A DNA stretch of 25,331 nucleotides from Gemmatimonadota bacterium. Its GTDB lineage: Bacteria > Gemmatimonadota > Gemmatimonadetes > Gemmatimonadales > GWC2-71-9. Made by a program: the position numbers and the translations under genes. The stretch spans positions 2,857-28,187 of the forward strand of contig JBDHKN010000068.1 in assembly GCA_039586365.1 (NCBI GenBank), read 5' to 3'. Below the pieces are notes generated by a model. That model had not been told where the DNA came from, ran no database searches, and saw only the letters and a list, made by a program, of their open reading frames with translations. Numbering within the stretch: position 1 is the stretch's first letter; every line of letters starts with the position of its first letter. Positions 1 to 7,290 of the stretch are shown here, piece after piece.

Positions 1-2
1 TT

Positions 3-1127
3 GGCGTGAGAAAGAAAGAGGATATTGATGTGGTGATGGCGGAAGTGGAAAAGCTCTCGGTGCCGTCAGACGCGGTAATCGTGGAGCATGATCCTAATGT
101 GATGAGAGGTAGCACAGACTCACTGCGGGGTACCGTGCGGCCGGTTGTCGGCGGCGTTCAGATACAGAGTCCATACTTTACGTGCACACTCGGGTATAAT
201 GTCGACCATTCAAGCAGCAATTACTGGTATTTCGTAACGAACTCACACTGCACGAGTCAGTTTGGCAAATCCTGGGGAGATGACGTTGGGCAGCCGACCT
301 CAGGCAGTAAGATTGGAGATGAGGTTGCAGACCCTGACTTGTTCGACCACGACGATGACGACGACTGTCCGCCTGGGGTTAACTGCCGGAGATCGGACGC
401 GGCTCTGATCAAGTACTCGACCAGCGACTGGAAACACGGTCGCGTCGCGTGGCCGGGGGACACTGGTACTTTGGTCTTCTCGTCGACGGCGGAGATCACA
501 TCCGATGGCACCCCAGTTCAGGGGTATTGGGTTTTCAAGGTCGGACGTACTACCGGTCTGACATACGGCCAAGTCACAGACGTGTGTTGGACTGGCCCTG
601 TGGGATACCAGGATAGGTTTGAGCAGTGGTATTACGTAACTCTGATCTGCCAGGCGAGGGCCCAATACAGCCAGGGACTGGGAGACAGCGGATCACCGGT
701 CGTCTGGCCATACTACGCCGGGCACGTTGTGGCTGTAGGCCTCCACTGGGGGGGCAGTCCAGACACCGCAGGCTTCAGCCCGGGCGCCGCATGGCGAGAC
801 GAATTGGGCGAAGAGGTAGGCGCCACCTTGTATACGGACTATGGTCACTCTCCACCGCCAAGTGTTACGATCGACGACGGCCCCAGCATAGTTCATCCGG
901 ACTGGTACTGTACCTGGCATGCTTCCGCTTCTGGCGGGTCTCCGCCATATTCCTATACATGGTCGGGTGTGCTTTCCGGAACAGGTAGCACGGTTGGTGG
1001 TATCCTGTCGAGTTCTGGCGATCTGAGGGTGACCGTAGAAGATGACGCAGAGAACACCGACACTGAGTACAAGTACATAACCGTCAGCGAAAGCGCACCA
1101 TACCATCCGAATTGTGCTGAAAAGTAG
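3..1127 (+). CDS. S1 (chymotrypsin/alpha-lytic-like) serine protease with C-terminal Ig/PKD-like domain; probably 5'-truncated by window edge
   Basis: Catalytic triad motifs CTLG...TNSHC (His), RRSDAALI (Asp) and GDSGSP (Ser); GRTTG motif; C-terminal ASGGSPPYSYTW...VTVED beta-sandwich signature; frame open to the window start. Confidence 0.88.
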   Translation, partial: GVRKKEDIDVVMAEVEKLSVPSDAVIVEHDPNVMRGSTDSLRGTVRPVVGGVQIQSPYFTCTLGYNVDHSSSNYWYFVTNSHCTSQFGKSWGDDVGQPTSGSKIGDEVADPDLFDHDDDDDCPPGVNCRRSDAALIKYSTSDWKHGRVAWPGDTGTLVFSSTAEITSDGTPVQGYWVFKVGRTTGLTYGQVTDVCWTGPVGYQDRFEQWYYVTLICQARAQYSQGLGDSGSPVVWPYYAGHVVAVGLHWGGSPDTAGFSPGAAWRDELGEEVGATLYTDYGHSPPPSVTIDDGPSIVHPDWYCTWHASASGGSPPYSYTWSGVLSGTGSTVGGILSSSGDLRVTVEDDAENTDTEYKYITVSESAPYHPNCAEK

Positions 1128-1140
1128 CTGGAGGCGTCCT

Positions 1141-1569
1141 ATGAAGACGCGCTTTCTTATGCTCGTACTACTTGCGGCCGCGTGTGGCAGCAACCCCGTC
1201 GAGCAACTGGGGACCGGAGTGGTACGCGGTGTCATCAAGTTCCAGGGCCAGGTCGTCATCAACGTACCTGAGACTGCTGAGGTTGGCGAGCCCGTGACGA
1301 TCTCAGTGAGGTCTTGGGGTGTGGAGGACTGTTACATCACAAGGGGGCCAACCCGCGTCACAGACTCGGGGCATTGGGTGCTTGTAGAGCCATTTGACAC
1401 CGCTTCCCAGTTGCCACGTGCTGGAGTATGCGGTGGCCCCATATACCATTTTGCCCACGAGGCGACCGTCGTGTTCTCTGAGCAAGGAATGGTGTTCGTT
1501 GAGTTCCGGGGTCGAGAGTGGCCTGAGAACAAGCCGTACTCCACACGGCGGAGAATCTTGGTGCGCTGA
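1141..1569 (+). CDS. Hypothetical lipoprotein (two-Cys beta-sandwich type)
   Basis: GGAGG at 1129-1133 before ATG 1141; signal peptide with lipobox MKTRFLMLVLLAAAC; starts 13 bp after the protease stop. Confidence 0.8.
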   Translation: MKTRFLMLVLLAAACGSNPVEQLGTGVVRGVIKFQGQVVINVPETAEVGEPVTISVRSWGVEDCYITRGPTRVTDSGHWVLVEPFDTASQLPRAGVCGGPIYHFAHEATVVFSEQGMVFVEFRGREWPENKPYSTRRRILVR

Positions 1570-1608
1570 CGCCACCCACAAATAGGCGGTGGCAGTACAA
1601 GTAGGCTT

Positions 1609-1644
1609 GGGGCGCGGGACCGGTCATTGCGGTCCCGCTGCCCC
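1609..1644. terminator. GC-rich hairpin between convergent ORFs
   Basis: GCGGGACCG (1613-1621) / CGGTCCCGC (1630-1638), extended by GGGGC/GCCCC; weak T tail. Confidence 0.5.
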
Positions 1645-1825
1645 TTCATAGCAGTTCCAGCGAAGCTCACCCCGGAAATCCGAAGAGTTCGATCGAGAAG
1701 CCGCCGACGTACGCGCTCCCACCGCCGACGGCGAGTGTCGTGTTCTCCTGGGCGACGCCGGCGACGAAACCCGAGTGTGGTTGGCCCGCACGAACCGTCC
1801 TGAGCACGCCGTGCTCTCGTTCCGA

Positions 1826-2050
1826 TTAGAGATCGGCCCAGCCGAATCCGACCACTTTTATGATTGCCGCTCGGCGGCCCGGTTGGCACCTGACGTGCCA
1901 CGTAACGCTCATAACGCTCGCCATCGAAGATTCAGCCACGAGGTCACGGCCGCACACGGGACAGACCGGACACTCTCCCGGTGTTCTGAGCATCTCACGG
2001 ATCTTCTGGATTTCCTCGGGTGAGAACGGGACGGGAGTGTCGTGTGGCAT
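1826..2050 (-). CDS. Small putative zinc-ribbon protein (74 aa)
   Basis: MPHDTPVPFSPEEIQKIREMLRTPGECPVCPVCGRDL...WHVRCQPGRR; coding-like codon usage; the second CxxC reads CQPG. Confidence 0.55.
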   Translation of the reverse strand: MPHDTPVPFSPEEIQKIREMLRTPGECPVCPVCGRDLVAESSMASVMSVTWHVRCQPGRRAAIIKVVGFGWADL

Positions 2051-2151
2051 GACGGAAAGCTGTGCAGCGGCACCTGTGGTCACAATGGTGCTGCGTCTTG
2101 AGGCGCGAGACAAGCTGCAACTTCAGGAGCCAAACGAACGTATCTAAGTAT

Positions 2152-2248
2152 GGGCTGTAGCGAGTGGGGCGCCCTGCTCTCCGCAGGGTTCTCGCAGGGA
2201 GGGGCGAGCGGGAACCATGCCAATGCCCGGCTCTGCCTGCTGCAGTCC
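2152..2248 (+). ncRNA. Unassigned four-way-junction structured RNA, copy 1
   Basis: 19-bp closing stem 2152-2170/2230-2248 (G-U rich, which favours the + strand) enclosing hairpins CCCTGC/GCAGGG, CTCGC/GCGAG (loop AGGGAGGG) and CGGG/CCCG (loop AACCATGCCAATG); homologous to 3991-4082. Confidence 0.65.
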
Positions 2249-2255
2249 CACTTCA

Positions 2256-2284
2256 GGAGGGGGCCGGTTGGCCGGCCCTTTCTC
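2256..2284 (+). terminator. Intrinsic terminator-like hairpin after RNA copy 1
   Basis: AGGGGGCCGG-TTGG-CCGGCCCTTT then CTCGTT. Confidence 0.55.
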
Positions 2285-2323
2285 GTTGCGTGTTATCAGG
2301 AGCGTCGTCAGGTTCCATGGTTG

Positions 2324-2676
2324 ATGACGGTGATCCGTATCCACGACACGGACGAAGAGCCGATCTACTGCGACCAGTGTCGGAAAGAGCGGAAACGGAC
2401 GCTTGCCCAGTTCGAAGTCGCGGAGATGGTCGTATGCGCTGAGCACGTTCCAGAAGAACCTCTGGATCAGGTCCAGCCAAGGCGAACATTCCCAAGAAGA
2501 AGTCGAAGAAAGTACGCAAGAAGACCAAGCGGCGGAAATCGAAAAAGCAGAAGCTGGAGGAGCACTACCTACAGGATCCGGTCCGCGCTCGTGACCAGGC
2601 ACATCTCAAGGAGATCAAGGAGTCACGAAAAGGCAGGTGTGGCGTTGGTACGGTAACTGGTACGGTTGGGGAGTAG
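2324..2676 (+). pseudogene. Frameshifted small basic protein: CxxC...CxxH Zn finger plus Lys-rich tail
   Basis: MTVIRIHDTDEEPIYCDQCRKE...CAEHVPEEPLDQVQP, after which coding-like codons continue in the -1 frame from ~2479 (KANIPKKKSKKVRKKTKRRKSKKQKLEEHYLQDPVRARDQAHLKEIKES...) to TAG 2674-2676. Confidence 0.5.
2646..2666 (+). repeat. Direct repeat TGGTACGGT x2 (12-bp period); candidate integrase arm-type site
   Basis: TGGTACGGT at 2646-2654 and 2658-2666, ~125 bp before the recQ breakpoint. Confidence 0.45.
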
Positions 2677-2791
2677 CGTCACGCGCGGAACCGCTGAGGC
2701 GGCAACGCAGGCTGTGCTGAAAAGCCACAGAAACCGGGCGGATTGCGCAGGGGCGGTCACAGATCCCCCTCATACCGTGGCCGCAACTTCT

Positions 2792-3129
2792 TGGGGATCG
2801 ACAAGCCGGACGTGCGCTTGGTGGCACACCTTGGTGTCCCGCCCCGTCCGGAGGCCTATTTTCAAGAGGCCGGGCGCGCCGGTCGTGATGGCCTACCGTC
2901 TCGCTGCGAGATGTTGTGGATGCGGGGTGACCTGGCCCTGGCGACGCACATGGTGGCTGTGAATCACGAGGCGATCCATCGCGACTCCGCAGTGCACGCC
3001 GAAGCGAAGCGGCGCGGTCTCGCGACGATGAAGAAATACGTCAGCACACGAAGCTGCCGCCGTCGAGTGCTGCTGGAATACCTGGGTGACCGGTTGGAGC
3101 AATGCTCTGGGTGCGATCGCTGTGGGTAG
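2792..3129 (+). pseudogene. recQ: 3' fragment of RecQ-family helicase (end of motif V, motif VI, Zn-binding domain)
   Basis: GIDKPDVRLVAH...YFQEAGRAGRDG...CRRRVLLEYLG...CSGCDRCG; similarity starts abruptly inside the conserved ATxAFGMGIDK motif; no helicase motifs upstream. Confidence 0.88.
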
Positions 3130-3180
3130 TGTCAGCATTGGCGCGTGCCGCGGCGCCACGAGGCTGAGCAGAATCGGATG

Positions 3181-3348
3181 TTACTGGATCTCCTCGTTGT
3201 CGCGGCGCTCAGCCACCCGTCGATCCTTACCACTGCGACGGTCCACAGCCACCGAGAGCCTCTCCCCGCGGCGCTGTGCGACTCGCCGATCCTGACCCGA
3301 CCCGCGATGAGGTTGAATGCGAGGCTGCGTCTTGCGGTGCTGCTCCAT
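3181..3348 (-). CDS. Small Arg-rich protein with repeated (D/E/Q)RR motifs (55 aa)
   Basis: AGGAGG 9 nt before ATG 3348; MEQHRKTQPRIQPHRGSGQDRRVAQRRGERLSVAVDRRSGKDRRVAERRDNEEIQ. Confidence 0.65.
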   Translation of the reverse strand: MEQHRKTQPRIQPHRGSGQDRRVAQRRGERLSVAVDRRSGKDRRVAERRDNEEIQ

Positions 3349-3407
3349 GATCTCTCGCCTCCTGCGATCTGATCTCGGGATATCTCGCTGCCGCGAATCG
3401 CCTGACA

Positions 3408-3435
3408 ACAGTACAAAGGAACTTCCGGCTGGCAA
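3408..3435 (-). promoter_or_regulatory. Possible sigma70 promoter for the Arg-rich small protein
   Basis: TTGCCA-N16-TACTGT on the minus strand. Confidence 0.25.
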
Positions 3436-3957
3436 AGCAATGCACGTTCAACCGTGCAGTTGCTCAGTTTGGCCGTCAGGGCCCGACCGGTTTCAGACAC
3501 CCGGTCTGAAGGGAAACCTGCAGTCGCCTTGATCTGCTGTGCGTGCCACAGGCGCCGTCGCTCATGGGCGGCCCCGATAGCGAAGATTGCACCCAATTTC
3601 AGCTGAAGCAATGCCGCCGCTGGCGAGCGCACCTTCACACCTGCCAGATTCAGTTCACTAGCTATCCCCAGACACCCTTCCCATTCCTCCCCTGTTGCCT
3701 GTAACTCCCGGAGCAGGTCTGCAGCGTCGTGGTTTGCCGCGGGGGGCGAGTCGAGCTACCAGGGGCTCCATCGCGCGTATGAACCAGTGCGAGGGCCAGC
3801 CGAGACGGAAGGGACCAAGGGCCACAAGCCCGCCCAGGGCATCCGTCCCCAAAAGTGAACACTAATTTCCCGCCAACAGGCATTTTGCGGCCGGGAGAGA
3901 TCCAGTGTAGTTACGATATGTTGCTGATAGACAACGAGTTACCGGAGTGAAAGCCGG

Positions 3958-3973
3958 TGGCACGGATCTTCCT
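3958..3973 (+). promoter_or_regulatory. Sigma54-like -24/-12 promoter
   Basis: TGGCACG-GATC-TTCCT vs consensus TGGCACG-N4-TTGCW (one mismatch, in the conserved -12 GC); predicted +1 ~3984, just before RNA copy 2. Confidence 0.45.
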
Positions 3974-3990
3974 AATATGAGAAAAAAATA

Positions 3991-4089
3991 CTGCGGTGTG
4001 TCGAACATCTTGCTGCCCAGCAAGCTAACTCGTCGGGAGGGGACGAGCGGGACCACGCCTAGCCCGGTTCAACACACCGCAGGTTTTTT
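3991..4089 (+). ncRNA. Unassigned four-way-junction structured RNA, copy 2
   Basis: Closing stem 3991-4006/4067-4082 (15/16 paired) followed by TTTTTT; hairpins CTTGCT/AGCAAG, CTCGTC/GACGAG (loop GGGAGGG) and CGGG/CCCG (loop ACCACGCCTAG). Confidence 0.7.
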
Positions 4090-4279
4090 GTGTTCGTGTT
4101 ACAAAGATTGCGAGCCACCGCGAGTCCGGCAATAGCAATATGCAATACCAAGTTAACTATGTCCGGCCGGATGTTACTTGCTGCGGCTCCGGTCGACAGC
4201 GTTGCCGCCCTCCTCTCCACCAGCCCCACAAACTCTTATCTTACTATTCATACCCAGATCTCCTGTACCTGGAGGGACC

Positions 4280-5644
4280 GTGATTCGAAGGTCTTCACTC
4301 CTTGCTCTCGCCGTGTTGGCTGTTCCGATGGTTATCACGCCGGCACAAGAGGCCTCTGGGCAACGAGCCATGGTGAGTAGCTCACCCGTCTATCGCATAA
4401 CTGTGACGGGAACGATTGAACTGGGCCTGGCACCCTACGTACGCAGGGCAGTCCGTGAAGCCAATGATGTCGGTGCGCTCGCTATCGTATTGGATATCGA
4501 CACCTTTGGTGGTCGGGTGGATGCGGCTCAGCAAATCGTCACGGCTGTTGGGGAGAGCGAAATCCCAGTCTACGCCTTCGTGCGTCACAACGCCTGGAGT
4601 GCTGGTGCGATGATTGCGCTCGCGGCCGATTCGATCTTCATGACGCCCGGGTCCTCCATTGGAGCTGCCACGCCTGTGGGAGGTGCCGGGGAGAAGCAAC
4701 CGGAGAAGATCGTGAGTGCAATGCGTGCTGAGTTTCGCGCACTCGCGGAGCGGCGTGGGCTCGATCCTCGGGTTGCCGAGTCGATGGTAGACGAATCGAT
4801 TGAGATCGAGGGTGTTATTGAGGCAGGGAAACTGCTCACTCTAACCGGTCGCGAGGCCATCGAGTTGGGAGTCGCCGCTGGTGAGGTGGACGATCTGGAC
4901 GCCCTGCTGGCGCTGCTGAACTTGGACGGGGCCGGGCTCGAGACTGTATCGGTGAACTGGGCCGAGGGATTGGTGCGGTTCCTGTCGAATCCCATCGTCG
5001 CACCTATTCTCCTTTCCATCGGGACACTGGGAATCATCATCGAGATAAAGACGCCATCGTTTGGGCTCGCCGGTTTGACCGGTCTCGTCGCTCTGGGGGC
5101 ATTCTTCGGAAGTCACCTCATCGTCGGCCTGGCCGGGATGGAAGAGATCATCCTGCTTGGTGCGGGACTGATCGCGTTGGGAATCGAGGTGTTTATTGTT
5201 CCTGGGTTCGGCATTGCCGGCGTAGTCTCGATTGTGTGTATCACAACCGCGACTTTCATGGCCTTGATCGGCGCCTTGCCCACATGGTCTGAGGTGGCTC
5301 GAGCTAGCGGTATCATGATCGTGGCTGCTGGGATCGTGGCCGGTGCCGTGTTCGCTATTGTTAAGAACCTGCCTACCAGCGGCAGGTGGCGCGGCATCTT
5401 CCTCAGGGACACGACCGATCGGGCGGCGGGCTATATCGCGGAACCGGTCCGTGAGGATCTCATTGAGGTCGAGGGAATCGCAGTCACGGACCTGAGGCCT
5501 TCCGGAACGGCAAGGTTTGGGGACGAACGTCTGGATGTCGTGTCCGACACAGGATATGTGTCCAAGGGCACGCGCGTTCGGGTAATACGATCCGAGGGAT
5601 ACCGCCATGTAGTCGAGCCGGTGGAAGGGGAACCGGTGGAGTGA
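4280..5644 (+). CDS. nfeD: NfeD-family membrane-bound serine protease (YqeZ-like)
   Basis: GGAGG before GTG 4280; signal peptide; ClpP-like domain (DTFGG, AWSAGA, IGAA, EK), GKLLTLT, TM bundle, C-terminal OB fold (TDLRPSG). Confidence 0.92.
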   Translation: MIRRSSLLALAVLAVPMVITPAQEASGQRAMVSSSPVYRITVTGTIELGLAPYVRRAVREANDVGALAIVLDIDTFGGRVDAAQQIVTAVGESEIPVYAFVRHNAWSAGAMIALAADSIFMTPGSSIGAATPVGGAGEKQPEKIVSAMRAEFRALAERRGLDPRVAESMVDESIEIEGVIEAGKLLTLTGREAIELGVAAGEVDDLDALLALLNLDGAGLETVSVNWAEGLVRFLSNPIVAPILLSIGTLGIIIEIKTPSFGLAGLTGLVALGAFFGSHLIVGLAGMEEIILLGAGLIALGIEVFIVPGFGIAGVVSIVCITTATFMALIGALPTWSEVARASGIMIVAAGIVAGAVFAIVKNLPTSGRWRGIFLRDTTDRAAGYIAEPVREDLIEVEGIAVTDLRPSGTARFGDERLDVVSDTGYVSKGTRVRVIRSEGYRHVVEPVEGEPVE

Positions 5645-5669
5645 CAACCACGCAAGAAAGGGAAAGACA

Positions 5670-6665
5670 ATGGAAGGACTGATCGAAGTAGCCCCGTGGC
5701 TCCTACCTGTGCTGCTTCTACTCGGCGTGATCCTGGTCGCGTCGCTGTTCTCCTTCGTTCCCATGCGTCTGTGGATCGAAGCATGGTTCTCCGGTGTGCG
5801 TATTGGACTTGGCAGCCTGGTGGGCATGCGGCTCAGGAAAGTGAGCCCGCCGGCGGTAATCCGGCCGCTCATCGCGGCGACCAAGGCAGGACTGGCACTC
5901 CGCACCAATGAACTGGAGGCCCACTACTTGGCTGGCGGAAGCGTCGATCGCGTGGTTCGCGCACTGATCTCAGCGGACAAGGCGGGCATCGAACTTCCAT
6001 TCCAGAAGGCCGCGGCCATAGACCTCGCGGGTCGTGACGTACACGAGGCGGTACAGGTGTCGGTGAACCCCAAGGTGATCCAGACACCTAAAGTGGCTGC
6101 GATGGCGAAAGACGGCATTCAGTTGATAGCCCTGGCCAGGGTGACGGTACGGGCCAATATCAGTCGGCTCGTCGGGGGTGCCGGTGAAGAAACAATCTTG
6201 GCCAGAGTGGGTGAGGGTATCGTGTCCACGATCGGATCGTCCGAGTCACACAAGGCGGTGTTGGAGAATCCCGACAACATTTCCAAGACCGTTCTCGCAA
6301 AAGGGCTCGACAGCGGCACCGCCTACGAGATCCTCTCGATCGACATCGCCGACGTTGACGTGGGCAAGAACATAGGTGCGGAGCTTCAGACCGATCAGGC
6401 GGAAGCCGACAAACGTGTAGCGCAAGCTCAGGCCGAGAAACGACGCGCCATGGCGGTGGCGGCCGAGCAGGAGATGTTGGCGAGGGTACAGGAGATGCGC
6501 GCGCGGGTGGTAGAGGCAGAGGCTCAGGTACCGCTCGCTATCTCTGAGGCGTTCCGCGAGGGGAACCTCGGGGTAATGGATTACGTTCGCTATCGCAACG
6601 TCGAGAGCGATACCGCCATGCGACGGAGTATTGCCGGCGGTGAAGAGCCAAAGGAAGAGAGCTAG
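5670..6665 (+). CDS. floA: Flotillin-like protein FloA (YqfA family)
   Basis: [66 protein letters not shown]; directly follows nfeD. Confidence 0.95.
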   Translation: MEGLIEVAPWLLPVLLLLGVILVASLFSFVPMRLWIEAWFSGVRIGLGSLVGMRLRKVSPPAVIRPLIAATKAGLALRTNELEAHYLAGGSVDRVVRALISADKAGIELPFQKAAAIDLAGRDVHEAVQVSVNPKVIQTPKVAAMAKDGIQLIALARVTVRANISRLVGGAGEETILARVGEGIVSTIGSSESHKAVLENPDNISKTVLAKGLDSGTAYEILSIDIADVDVGKNIGAELQTDQAEADKRVAQAQAEKRRAMAVAAEQEMLARVQEMRARVVEAEAQVPLAISEAFREGNLGVMDYVRYRNVESDTAMRRSIAGGEEPKEES

Positions 6666-6668
6666 CCC

Positions 6669-7205
6669 GTGGACGATCTGGGCCAGCTCGTCTTCTTCGG
6701 CCTCCTCATTCTGTTCGCACTGCTGTCCGGCAGGAGAAAGAAGAAGACGCCACCCGTACAGACTCGAGCCAGACCGCGCACGCCGCCGGCTACATCTCGG
6801 CCGGAGCGAGCCAGTGTGCCGTCACCACGCGAGAGCGCTGCCGCCGACCAGCGAGGCTCCATTGCACCAGTTCGTGCAGAGCCGCCACCGCGACCGCGCG
6901 ACCTGGCACAAGAGCTGTTCGAGCTACTGCAGGGGCGCGGTCCTGCGCAGACCAGCGAGCCGCCGCAGGCAGTGGCCGTGGTCGAACCGGAGCCCGAAGA
7001 GGCAGTAAGTCTGGAAGTGCTCCAGCCCGACACCGCAGAGCGACACCAGAGATTCCACGATCTCTACGTCGGGCAGCCACTGGGGGAGAAGCCGAGTGAA
7101 CCTAAGGTCTTCCGCAGGGCGCAGCTCGAGCTGAGCAAGCGAAGTCTGAAACAGGCGTTTGTGATGAAGGAAGTGCTGGGGCCGCCCAAGGGACTCGAAG
7201 AGTGA
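6669..7205 (+). CDS. Hypothetical membrane-anchored protein, YqfB-like by position
   Basis: N-terminal TM helix, Pro/Arg-rich linker, C-terminal LKQAFVMKEVLGPPKG motif; third gene of the nfeD-floA operon. Confidence 0.75.
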   Translation: MDDLGQLVFFGLLILFALLSGRRKKKTPPVQTRARPRTPPATSRPERASVPSPRESAAADQRGSIAPVRAEPPPRPRDLAQELFELLQGRGPAQTSEPPQAVAVVEPEPEEAVSLEVLQPDTAERHQRFHDLYVGQPLGEKPSEPKVFRRAQLELSKRSLKQAFVMKEVLGPPKGLEE

Positions 7206-7243
7206 GCAGCACGACGGGAGCAGTGAGCCGTGACCGGTGAGCA
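7202..7243 (+). repeat. Tandem heptamer array (consensus GKGAGCN)
   Basis: GTGAGCA GCACGAC GGGAGCA GTGAGCC GTGACCG GTGAGCA. Confidence 0.55.
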
Positions 7244-7290
7244 TCCGACCTAACTCATCGGTCGCCGCCCAAGCAACACTCCATCAAACC

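Noticed and set aside
2317..2676. Single ORF from ATG 2317 with TGA (2440) read-through or selenocysteine
   Set aside because: The upstream part looks like an off-frame translation; the 2324 frame has better codon usage and the Cys motif.
2666..2770. yybP-ykoY (Mn) riboswitch suggested by TTGGGGAGTAGC
   Set aside because: No matching 3' GCNAGACC strand that pairs, and no CGTCAWY internal loop.
3700..3740. c-di-GMP-I riboswitch (minus-strand GGCAAACC...GACGC)
   Set aside because: No GNRA-capped P2 and no P3 receptor.
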